Positions 18,382-26,157 of a DNA stretch of 64,000 nt are shown here, in pieces (position 1 is the first letter of the stretch; every line of letters starts with the position of its first letter). This DNA is from a virus. A model generated the notes under the pieces. The model was given only the letters and a program-made list of their open reading frames with translations. It was not told where the DNA came from and made no database searches. Location: IMG/VR virus record IMGVR_UViG_3300037485_002668, positions 1 through 64,000 of that record, one strand, 5' to 3'. A program made the translations under genes and the position numbers.

Positions 18382-18408
18382 TGCTTTTTCCTTTCGTTGT
18401 TTGTTTAA

Positions 18409-18461
18409 CCTGTGACCGGCCTATCAAGACCGGTTTCGCTTTTATAAGCTCATCAGACAGG
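18409..18461 (-). ncRNA. hammerhead ribozyme, type I
   Basis: CCTGT-CTGATGA-GCTT-ATAA-AAGC-GAA-ACCGGTCT-TGAT-AGGCCGGT-C-ACAGG: complete core with three stems; GUC cleavage predicted between 18414 and 18413. Confidence 0.9.
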
Positions 18462-18463
18462 GT

Positions 18464-18670
18464 TTATTTGTACTCCCTGGAATAACCTTCAAAGTCTTTA
18501 GCTTCCTGTAAACGTTTCGATTCGTTGTTTAAATAATTCCGGGTTTCTCGGAATTTTTTGTAGAACGCTCTAATCGTTGTATAACCGTTTCCGATTTCTT
18601 CAATCGCTTCATTATAAGCAAATTCAGATTCACTCCGAATGATACTCAGTAAGGTTTGATCTTTTTTCAT
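18464..18670 (-). CDS. hypothetical protein
   Basis: ORF with GAGG RBS. Confidence 0.55.
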   Translation of the reverse strand: MKKDQTLLSIIRSESEFAYNEAIEEIGNGYTTIRAFYKKFRETRNYLNNESKRLQEAKDFEGYSREYK

Positions 18671-18683
18671 GGTATTGTTCCTC

Positions 18684-18911
18684 TTAGTTAATTTTAAGGG
18701 TGGTATCTTGTTTTAATTGAATCCATTCAGCCAAAGTGATTTTATCGTCTAAAATTGCTTGCAGTACATAGCGTTTAATCTTTTCAAGCATTTCATTCTG
18801 GTGGTCACGCGCTGAAAAATTATTGCTATCAGCAAAGTAATTGCGCTTTGTCAAGGTGTTGACATATTCCTGCGCCAGGGCTTTCATATCTTTAATGTTT
18901 TGATTGTTCAT
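18684..18911 (-). CDS. hypothetical protein
   Basis: RBS/start AGGAGTAAGCCATGAAC, identical to that of the 19221 gene. Confidence 0.6.
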   Translation of the reverse strand: MNNQNIKDMKALAQEYVNTLTKRNYFADSNNFSARDHQNEMLEKIKRYVLQAILDDKITLAEWIQLKQDTTLKIN

Positions 18912-18966
18912 GGCTTACTCCTATTGTTAACGGGACGTTCTCTGAACCCCGTATCGCAATGGGTAA

Positions 18967-19221
18967 TTATTTGGTTGCTAAGGCTTGACTAACGGCAGTC
19001 ATTAATGGATACATAATGTGCTGAGCTTCTTTCATCCAACAACGATTAATATATGCCCATTCACAAACTTTATGGCATATAGATAGCCAGTCATTTTTAT
19101 AAGCAATCCCTAAACATAAAACATCTTTCCAGTCAACGATTAATTGAATTTCAATCGCTTTATTGATAAAAATTTCAACTTCCTTCGGAATGTCGAATCG
19201 GGTGATTTCTTGTTCGTTCAT
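18967..19221 (-). CDS. hypothetical protein, first gene of the putative sigma54 operon
   Basis: RBS/start AGGAGTAAGCCATGAAC. Confidence 0.6.
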   Translation of the reverse strand: MNEQEITRFDIPKEVEIFINKAIEIQLIVDWKDVLCLGIAYKNDWLSICHKVCEWAYINRCWMKEAQHIMYPLMTAVSQALATK

Positions 19222-19273
19222 GGCTTACTCCTTGGTTAAGTTCAGGTTCGTTCTGTTTTACATTAATATATAT

Positions 19274-19289
19274 ATCAAATACCGTGCCA
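19274..19289 (-). promoter_or_regulatory. sigma54 (-24/-12) type promoter
   Basis: TGGCACGGTATTTGAT: GG-N10-GA with a perfect TGGCACG -24 box. Confidence 0.65.
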
Positions 19290-19398
19290 GATATATAAAC
19301 TAAGTCAATTAGTATATACTTGTAACCCTTGCACCAGTTCAATCCTAAAATATATATTTCAACCCCTCAATCTATAACCCTAAATTTTAAATATTTTT

Positions 19399-19583
19399 AT
19401 TGCAATTTGCAATGAAGATTTTTAAACTTTTCAAAATCACCACAAACCTTAACGCACCGTTCAATATTCACAATCCACCCAAATCTTGCATTTTGCAATG
19501 CACAATTCACGTTTTCAATCCAATCCGTCAAAATTCAACGGACACTTATCTAATCCCGTTTTGCCCAATCTTGTAAAATGCAA
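19399..19583. promoter_or_regulatory. three TTGYA-N3-TGCAA palindromes, candidate enhancer (UAS) sites
   Basis: At 19400, 19486 and 19571 (spacing 86 and 85 bp), in a gene-free region upstream of the -24 box. Confidence 0.5.
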
Positions 19584-19992
19584 TCCGTTTAAATTAATAC
19601 CGTAAATTAGTTCTTTTTTAAAGACTTAAGACAGGAAAAGAGCAGCGTTTCAAGGAATAAACAAGCAAGGGGGAGATAGTGTGCGCGACTGTAATAGCTA
19701 TTTTTTGTTTTTTTCTAGTGTAACTATGTAAAATTTACATACCTACCGAGCGGTAGGGTGTACCGTACGGTACACTTAGTTTACATAATAGTGTACCGTG
19801 GGGTACACTATTTAAAATAGTTTCTTTTTTGTAACAATTGCCGAAATATTAAAAGCGCACTTAGTATATAATTGTATTTGGATAATTTTCAGATTTGTAA
19901 TGAGTACAAAAAAATAACGAATATTGCCTGGACTGGCGGGTAGCCCCTTTGCGTTCATTTTGCTTTTACGTATATTGATATCAATATTTTGC

Positions 19993-20021
19993 TTGATTTT
20001 TGTCTAAAATTTTTATATATT
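19993..20021 (+). promoter_or_regulatory. sigma70-type promoter TTGATT-N17-TATATT
   Basis: Upstream of the methyltransferase gene. Confidence 0.6.
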
Positions 20022-20072
20022 AGCTTGTTAATTTTAGATTTTGGCTGGTAGTTATTTTGGAGAGTTGACAAA

Positions 20073-21059
20073 ATGAAATCTGAATTGGCTACAAAATTAT
20101 ACGGTGTTGACTTGTTTAGCGAACCGATACGGGAAAAGGTATCTGGATTAGTTGCATCACGGTTTGGGTTTCCGCCATTTAGCGTATTGGATGCCAGGTC
20201 TGGTGATTGGCAGCGTCGTAAACGGGCATGGATATCGATTGGAATACGGGGTGAAATTGGACGTGGTTTTGTTCGGCCACACGGTAAAGATACAAGACCA
20301 GTTGGATATAATTGGAACACGGAATATACTGGCGGTGACTGTTGGCGTGGGTCAAATTCCAATGACAATGCAGCTAGCGTTTTTGACCCTGTTTTATGTG
20401 AATGTATGTATCGTTGGTTTGTTCCTTCGGGTGGGCAGGTAGTTGATCCATTTGCAGGGGGTTCAGTCAGGGGAATCGTTGCTGGCTGTTTAGGTTTGAA
20501 ATATTGGGGTTGCGATTTAAGACAGGAACAGGTTGACGCGAATTATGAACAGGGAAAAAAGATTGAACTTTCTATTTTACCTAATTGGGTTTGTGGTGAT
20601 AGCCTGGAAACGTTACCGAGTGCGCCTGAAACTGATTTTTTGTTTACATGTCCCCCTTATGGTGATTTAGAGCGGTATTCAGATAATCCAAGAGACTTAT
20701 CTACTATGGAACGAAATACGTTTGAGACTATTTATTCACAGATTATTTTTAAGGCTATTCAGCGATTGAAATCAAATCGGTTTGTTTGTTTTGTAGTTGG
20801 AGATTTTAGAGATAAGCGTGGGTATTATCGGGATTTTGTATCGACTACGATTGCAGCGTTTAGGAATGCTAAATGTGAATTATATAACGAAGCTATTTTA
20901 GTGACGTCTATTGGTTCAGGGTCAATGAGGGTTACTAAGCAATTTACTAAGCAATTTGAGGCTAGTCGAAAGTTTGTTAAGACGCACCAAAACGTTTTAA
21001 TCTTTTGCAAGGGCGATTGGCGACAGGCAATGGCAGCAATAAATGAATGGTTAAAATAG
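20073..21059 (+). CDS. amino-DNA methyltransferase-like protein
   Basis: SVFDPVLCE, DPFAGGSVRG (motif I), TCPPY (motif IV), KTHQNVLIF. Confidence 0.85.
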   Translation: MKSELATKLYGVDLFSEPIREKVSGLVASRFGFPPFSVLDARSGDWQRRKRAWISIGIRGEIGRGFVRPHGKDTRPVGYNWNTEYTGGDCWRGSNSNDNAASVFDPVLCECMYRWFVPSGGQVVDPFAGGSVRGIVAGCLGLKYWGCDLRQEQVDANYEQGKKIELSILPNWVCGDSLETLPSAPETDFLFTCPPYGDLERYSDNPRDLSTMERNTFETIYSQIIFKAIQRLKSNRFVCFVVGDFRDKRGYYRDFVSTTIAAFRNAKCELYNEAILVTSIGSGSMRVTKQFTKQFEASRKFVKTHQNVLIFCKGDWRQAMAAINEWLK

Positions 21060-21104
21060 AAAGCCAGTCATGTTTAAATTGATATCAAACGAAAGTGAAC
21101 GGTT

Positions 21105-21455
21105 ATGTCTTGGGTTGAACATATTGAGGGGAATTTGCCGGCGGATGATTTACGCCGGGCGTTTGTAATGGGTGCGAAATGGTGGGAATATTTTAAGACA
21201 GGCGCTACTATGTGGGGGTCGGATAGAAATTTGGCAGAGGAAAAAGCTGAAGAAACGTTTCCGGGTGGCAAAGTTCCAGAAGATGCCAACACTGTTATTA
21301 AACAACAAGATAAAACAATAACGCAATTATTTGCGATTAGGAATATTTTGATTTCTTATTCCAGCGTTGAATTCCCACCCGAATTAATTGATAAGATTAT
21401 GGCGGAAATAGAAAACGAGATTAAAGATAGTCCAATTTCTTGGGCGTTTAAATAA
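21105..21455 (+). CDS. hypothetical protein
   Basis: ORF track; AFVMGAKW motif. Confidence 0.5.
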   Translation: MSWVEHIEGNLPADDLRRAFVMGAKWWEYFKTGATMWGSDRNLAEEKAEETFPGGKVPEDANTVIKQQDKTITQLFAIRNILISYSSVEFPPELIDKIMAEIENEIKDSPISWAFK

Positions 21456-21479
21456 AAAAGGCTGTCGGGAAACAGCCTT
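21454..21479. terminator. hairpin terminator between convergent genes
   Basis: aaaaaggctgt-cgggaa-acagcctt. Confidence 0.6.
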
Positions 21480-21527
21480 ATCGTGGTTCAGAATAACAGA
21501 GGTGGAGGTGGAAATGAGATTTGCGGA

Positions 21528-21767
21528 TTAAACGAATAACCAGATTAAAAGGTTCCCCAAAACCACCACCAAAATAAGACATCCACCAGACCCAAAACCA
21601 GTCCCGTTCTTAAAATTCTTTTCAGCTTTTTCAAATCCAGCACAGCGCTTGCAGGGTTTCTTATCTCCTTTATAGGATTCGCCCGTCTCATAATGTGGCA
21701 CGGATACGAAACTTGTGTCGTTGCCACAGCCAGGGCAGGTAGTTTTAAATGTCCAACGATTACTCAT
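21528..21767 (-). CDS. Zn-ribbon plus C-terminal TM microprotein
   Basis: CPGC...CKRC...GGC followed by a hydrophobic tail. Confidence 0.65.
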   Translation of the reverse strand: MSNRWTFKTTCPGCGNDTSFVSVPHYETGESYKGDKKPCKRCAGFEKAEKNFKNGTGFGSGGCLILVVVLGNLLIWLFV

Positions 21768-22707
21768 AACTTTTACCTAAATTATTGGTTTTCTTTGCGT
21801 ACCAGCCTCTTAAATTTAGATATTGAATTTTATAACATAATGACCGTTCACTTATGCCCAAAAGTTTGGCCGCGCTTTTTTGGAGTCCTCTGGCAACGAT
21901 AAGCGCCTTTTGGATTTCATGAATTTCCAGATCCCGCAGGGGCGTAACAGACCTAGATTCACCCATCACAACGCTGGTTTCAAATACATCAAAAATGATA
22001 TCAAAATGCGTGATAGTTTCGCCGTTGGATAACAGGCTGGCGCGCTGAATGACGTATTTGAGTTCCCGAATGTTACCTGGCCAGCAGTAATTACAAAGCA
22101 ATTCATTAGCTTCTAAAGTTAATTCTTTTTTACAACGGAATTTATTTAAAAAAAAGTTTGCTAAGTTAACAATATCGTTTTGACGCTTGCGTAACGGGGG
22201 GATTGTAAATACAATTCCACAAAGTCGGTAACGTAAATCTTCACGCAGTTTGCCTGGGTTGCCGTTCGTGGCGCTAATGATACGGAAATCTGAATTTTGT
22301 TCAATGATACTGCCGACGCGCCGATACTTTTTTGTTTCCAGGACGGTCAAAATTTTAGCCTGCGAGGCTGTGCTTAAATCAACCACCTCGTCTAAAAATA
22401 AAGTACCGTCATTGGCGACAGAAAGTAAACCCCGTTTTTCGGTGGAACCGGTGAAGGCACCCTTGATGTTCCCGAAAAGTTCAGACTCGAAAAGGGTTTC
22501 CGGGATAGCGGCGCAATTAATAGACACTATTTTATTACTGGCGCGATGGCTATATTGGTGAATTGCGTTTGCCAGGACATCTTTACCGACACCGGTTTCG
22601 CCGATTATAAATACGGGAATATCGCTGACGGCGATTCGTTTTGCAAGTTCGTTAATTTTTCGTATTTCAAGATGGCAGGAATTTCCGAAATCAATTTCAG
22701 GCGTCAT
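21760..22707 (-). CDS. sigma54-dependent enhancer-binding protein (AAA+ and Fis-type HTH, no sensor domain)
   Basis: GETGVGKD, INCAAIPETLFESELFG..KGAFTGS, LFLDE, WPGNIREL, C-terminal AAKLLGISERSL. Confidence 0.92.
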   Translation of the reverse strand: MTPEIDFGNSCHLEIRKINELAKRIAVSDIPVFIIGETGVGKDVLANAIHQYSHRASNKIVSINCAAIPETLFESELFGNIKGAFTGSTEKRGLLSVANDGTLFLDEVVDLSTASQAKILTVLETKKYRRVGSIIEQNSDFRIISATNGNPGKLREDLRYRLCGIVFTIPPLRKRQNDIVNLANFFLNKFRCKKELTLEANELLCNYCWPGNIRELKYVIQRASLLSNGETITHFDIIFDVFETSVVMGESRSVTPLRDLEIHEIQKALIVARGLQKSAAKLLGISERSLCYKIQYLNLRGWYAKKTNNLGKSYE

Positions 22708-22955
22708 AAAATAGTTTTCAAAATACCAAAAGCAATTGGGATAAAAATAATTATGGAACAAAAACCAGCAGATCGTTTAACGGGCGTTCCCTGATCATCA
22801 ACGGGGTCATCTTCGCCTAAAAATGAATCAGATCCCTCAGTACAATCGTGACAGGGGGAATTGGTTTTTAACTCTTTATCGGCGCCGATACAAAAGCCAG
22901 ATTCGATTTCTTTGCCACACTTGGGATTGCAGCAAATAATTCTATACGTTCCCAC
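22704..22955 (-). CDS. Zn-ribbon plus C-terminal TM microprotein
   Basis: CNPKC...CHDC...GFC followed by a hydrophobic tail. Confidence 0.65.
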   Translation of the reverse strand: MGTYRIICCNPKCGKEIESGFCIGADKELKTNSPCHDCTEGSDSFLGEDDPVDDQGTPVKRSAGFCSIIIFIPIAFGILKTIL

Positions 22956-23268
22956 TGAGCACCTCCTGGTTAAACAGCGCTAAAAAGAATCCGGATTCGT
23001 GAGGGTATTCGTCTAAATATTTTTTGGCTAAATCGGGAACGGTGATCCGATGCCGAACATATTTACGGTCTTCGGGGAAATGTAACGCCCACTGAAACGC
23101 GAATTCAGGGGGAAAAGCCTCCCGTTGTTTATACGTATGGTTCCGCAATTTGCGATGGTATCTTAATTTTAGGAATAACGGTTCCCACTCGTTTTTTTCA
23201 ATGGCAGCTTGAATTAAAGGTGCAATTTTGGGATTACTTCCAAATAAATCTTGTAAATTTTGAAGCAT
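22942..23268 (-). CDS. hypothetical protein
   Basis: ORF with GAGGAGG RBS. Confidence 0.6.
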   Translation of the reverse strand: MLQNLQDLFGSNPKIAPLIQAAIEKNEWEPLFLKLRYHRKLRNHTYKQREAFPPEFAFQWALHFPEDRKYVRHRITVPDLAKKYLDEYPHESGFFLALFNQEVLSGNV

Positions 23269-23411
23269 CAGACCTCCTCGTCACTATCGATAACAATATC
23301 GCCGCCACATTTCGGACATTTATCCGGGGCGCGTTTGCCACTGCTTTTGTAAGTACATTTAGAACAGTACCAGGTAAGTATGGTGGCACATAATTTTTTG
23401 ATAAATTCCAT
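23268..23411 (-). CDS. 47-aa rubredoxin-like Zn-ribbon protein (below the ORF track cutoff)
   Basis: MEFIKKLCATILTWYCSKCTYKSSGKRAPDKCPKCGGDIVIDSDEEV; TGATG coupling to the next gene. Confidence 0.6.
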   Translation of the reverse strand: MEFIKKLCATILTWYCSKCTYKSSGKRAPDKCPKCGGDIVIDSDEEV

Positions 23412-23419
23412 GATAAAAC

Positions 23420-23608
23420 CTATTTCTGAAAAACTTTTTTAAGCGGAATTGAATAGACTTCCACTTCAACCAATTCAGCGCCAGCCGCTTTTGCCTGGTC
23501 GAAAAGCTTTTGGCCGGCCAGGATGTCGCCTTCGGGGTTGACGATAATGACATCACCTTTCAGTTCGGCGGTGGCGGTGGGGTGAATATGGTTAATATTG
23601 ATTTTCAT
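23420..23608 (-). CDS. hypothetical protein
   Basis: Start MKINI after GGGGAG. Confidence 0.5.
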   Translation of the reverse strand: MKININHIHPTATAELKGDVIIVNPEGDILAGQKLFDQAKAAGAELVEVEVYSIPLKKVFQK

Positions 23609-23628
23609 GGTATGCTCCCCGTTTGAAA

Positions 23629-23823
23629 TTAACGTAAAATAATCCCTAAAATAAGAATACCTACCAGGAGTGTACATCCGGGGCCGGTAACGTTTGAATC
23701 TTTTTTGCAGTCAGGACAGTAATCCCCGGAACCGACAAAGGTATGTCCGCAGCTTGAACATACGGAATGTTCCAACTTTGGAATTTTTAATTCGTCTGTA
23801 TTTTTTGATTTTTCTTCGGACAT
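23629..23823 (-). CDS. Zn-ribbon plus C-terminal TM microprotein
   Basis: CSSC...CPDC...PGC followed by a hydrophobic tail. Confidence 0.65.
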   Translation of the reverse strand: MSEEKSKNTDELKIPKLEHSVCSSCGHTFVGSGDYCPDCKKDSNVTGPGCTLLVGILILGIILR

Positions 23824-23928
23824 GGATAGAACCCTCCAAAAAATTTGCGGGGCGGCGGGTTTTTGTATTGCATCCGGAGTTATTGGTTTGGTTAGTTAGT
23901 TTGCCGCCCCGCAAGTTAAACTTTTACT

Positions 23929-24288
23929 TCACTTGACAATTAACTCGTAGCGACAGAAAACAAATGATCCCCCTTGCGCCTGGGCTTCCAGTTTACCATT
24001 GACATAAATTTTTAAGTATGCTATGGAAAACTTAGTACCCAATGGTACGACGGTTAATTCCAGTCGTTGACATTTACTGGTGGTAAATTCGATCTGCCAG
24101 GGGATCAGAACGGAACTACCAGGGACAGTGAATATGTCGTCAACGTTATAGCCAATGGTAGCTTCGTTTAAATTGTACCCGGTGATTTCATATTTTACCT
24201 GGGCGACGGGCGCAGGTTTCAACGGATCCTTGTCACAGCCGCCTATTAAGGTAAGGACGGCCGCGACGAAAATTAGTACTTTTTTCAT
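23929..24288 (-). CDS. lipoprotein, beta-sandwich (MmpS-like)
   Basis: MKK plus hydrophobic stretch and lipobox-like IGGC; VKYEITG...PW...IYVNGK. Confidence 0.65.
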   Translation of the reverse strand: MKKVLIFVAAVLTLIGGCDKDPLKPAPVAQVKYEITGYNLNEATIGYNVDDIFTVPGSSVLIPWQIEFTTSKCQRLELTVVPLGTKFSIAYLKIYVNGKLEAQAQGGSFVFCRYELIVK

Positions 24289-24302
24289 GTGGCCTCCATA
24301 GG

Positions 24303-24467
24303 TTAATGATTTTGTTCAATTGGTGTTGCGAGACTCGCAACTTTCGGAAACAGTTCCGAATGCGTGCGGAGTCAGAGTTCGCAAACCGGGATTTCAAAAA
24401 CGCCGAACCAGTCTAATTGGCTATGGGTGGCGGGCTGGTCCGGGTGATAGATACAATTTTGAGGCAT
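24303..24467 (-). CDS. 54-aa Zn-finger ORF with an in-frame TGA at a Cys-equivalent position (candidate selenoprotein or pseudogene)
   Basis: GGAGG RBS; MPQNCIYHPDQPATHSQLDWFGVFEIPVCEL-TGA-LRTHSELFPKVASLATPIEQNH-TAA. Confidence 0.5.
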
Positions 24468-24588
24468 GGTTCCTCCGTAAACAATTGGGGGTAAAATCAA
24501 TAATCTCATTTGACCCAGTTCATGGTTGGGTTTTGTGATTGTTGTTGTTATTTAACGGTGCGATTTTACCCCCGTTAATTTAAATAGT

Positions 24589-24834
24589 CTAAATTAAAAA
24601 TGAAACAATAATTGGAACGCTGAAAATAAAAAATAACGGAACGATACAGCCAATCCCAAAGCAGCCTTTATCGACATAGCTGCCTTCGTCTGAGCCGGTT
24701 GGTGATTGACCCGCGTTTTTGCAAGCTGTACAGGTTATGTATTTTGTTTCGATGGTATCAGATAAACTGGGGGTGCTTGTGCTCCCAAAAATCCGACCAC
24801 AATGCCTGCATTCAGTTTGCCTTGTCTTCGCCAT
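24589..24834 (-). CDS. Zn-ribbon plus C-terminal TM microprotein
   Basis: CRHC...CTAC...GIGC followed by a hydrophobic tail. Confidence 0.65.
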   Translation of the reverse strand: MAKTRQTECRHCGRIFGSTSTPSLSDTIETKYITCTACKNAGQSPTGSDEGSYVDKGCFGIGCIVPLFFIFSVPIIVSFLI

Positions 24835-25004
24835 GGCGGTGGTTTCCTTTTAAAAATGTTTCCGGTACCCAGCGGATACCGTTTTTTTGATGCTTTATTT
24901 TTTTCAGACTGATTCGATACAGGAACCAGTAACGTTCGGACGGTTCAATTTTTTTGACGGTACCATCCCGATGATCGCGTTCATCTTGAACCTGATCGCC
25001 GATA

Positions 25005-25307
25005 CTAAATTTGGGGTGCGTCACTTGCTTCAAATCCATAACATTCTTGCAACCAAACGGGATCAAAATTAAATGGCCACATAAACCAACCATTTCTTAC
25101 GCCGTGTGGGTCGGCCTTAATATTGGTTAATTTTGTTTTTACCGGTGCGCTATCACTTTTAGCTATCATGAAAAAGCTTAAAATAGATGCGACATTTGGA
25201 TTGGCGACTATGTCTGGATGCCCGCAACTTGAATGGCAATCGCCTGGGCATGGCCGTCGCCAGCGGCATTGGTAACAATTTTCTTGATCTGTCATATAAT
25301 TTGGCAA
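25005..25307 (-). CDS. Cys-rich phage protein
   Basis: CYQC...HSSC.HP...HGVRNGWFMWPFNFDPVWLQEC. Confidence 0.6.
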   Translation of the reverse strand: MPNYMTDQENCYQCRWRRPCPGDCHSSCGHPDIVANPNVASILSFFMIAKSDSAPVKTKLTNIKADPHGVRNGWFMWPFNFDPVWLQECYGFEASDAPQI

Positions 25308-25501
25308 AGATATAATTTAATAATAAATGAAATAATTATTAATGAACATCCACTTGCACTCTTTAATTTATTAGAACAATTTTTACACAAAGCATCCGCA
25401 TATTCAGTTCGGGTTTCATCGTCCTTTAATTCGTTGTCATGATAACTTCCTTTGTGCAGTCCACAACCTGGACAAAGTACTTCAACGTTATGATTTTTCA
25501 T
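25292..25501 (-). CDS. Zn-ribbon plus C-terminal TM microprotein
   Basis: CPGC...CKNC...SGC followed by a hydrophobic tail. Confidence 0.6.
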   Translation of the reverse strand: MKNHNVEVLCPGCGLHKGSYHDNELKDDETRTEYADALCKNCSNKLKSASGCSLIIISFIIKLYLCQII

Positions 25502-25516
25502 TTTATTTTCTCCTAA

Positions 25517-25726
25517 CTACCTAACCGGGTCAAAGCCGCCACGATTGAACGGGTTACAGCGCAGGATACGCCAGCAACCCAGGGCGATCCCTTTTAAGAC
25601 GCCGTACTTTTGAATGGCCTGCAAGGTATAGGTTGAGCAGGACGGGGTAAACCGGCAACATGGCGGTTTCAATGGTGATAAGTATTTCTGATACCATTTG
25701 ATTAAGGCGACAAATAAGTTTTTCAT
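25517..25726 (-). CDS. yidD: membrane protein insertion efficiency factor YidD
   Basis: YQKYLSP...[18 protein letters not shown]......[14 protein letters not shown]. Confidence 0.92.
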   Translation of the reverse strand: MKNLFVALIKWYQKYLSPLKPPCCRFTPSCSTYTLQAIQKYGVLKGIALGCWRILRCNPFNRGGFDPVR

Positions 25727-25750
25727 ATTTATACCTTGATTTGGTTAAAT

Positions 25751-25894
25751 TAATTTTGATAGCGAGAGCCAGGTGGCTGGCCTGGGAAACTCTCTGGCCA
25801 CTTTTTGCTCCTTACCTGTGCAACGGTATGGCGTTTGAAGGACTAATTTTTCAGACGGCGCCACCGTCTGATTATGCCCTCGCTATCAAAATTA
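25751..25894 (-). ncRNA. structured leader or ncRNA (multibranch)
   Basis: 16-bp perfect terminal stem TAATTTTGATAGCGAG/CTCGCTATCAAAATTA enclosing further hairpins; lies between a promoter and yidD. Confidence 0.55.
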
Positions 25895-25910
25895 TTTGTT
25901 TTACGTCCTA

Positions 25911-25939
25911 AATATACAAAACTATTTTGAAAAAGTCAA
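25911..25939 (-). promoter_or_regulatory. sigma70-type promoter TTGACT-N17-TATATT
   Basis: Exact consensus. Confidence 0.75.
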
Positions 25940-26022
25940 GAGAAAAGTTTAAAAATTTTTAGAATTTTTTGGGGGAATTGTTTCAGATAAGGGAGCGTTG
26001 CATTTGCGGCGATAGCCTGGTT

Positions 26023-26120
26023 AAAAAAAAATAGCGCCGGTCAAGAGGGAACCGGGCGCTATACTCAATTAATGTAACTAAACACTCTTCAGTAGTGCGC
26101 GTACCAGGAGGCTGAAGAGC
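26023..26120 (-). ncRNA. candidate ~98-nt small RNA
   Basis: Own promoter TTGCTT-N17-TATATT (26154-26126); 5' hairpin CTCTTCAG/CTGAAGAG enclosing CCTCCT; 3' GC hairpin followed by a T9 run. Confidence 0.65.
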
Positions 26121-26157
26121 AAAATAATATATTAATCTTTTTTATAAAAAGCAAGGG

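Noticed and set aside
18925-18962. Possible second ribozyme in the recombinase operon
   Set aside because: Only a short hairpin; no hammerhead, twister or HDV-like core could be identified.
20932-20956. 12-bp tandem duplication (TKQFTKQF) in the methyltransferase
   Set aside because: A single in-frame duplication with no sign of a phase-variable tract.
25751-25894. tRNA-Sec (contains CTTCAAA on the minus strand)
   Set aside because: No anticodon stem around CTTCAAA and no T-loop.
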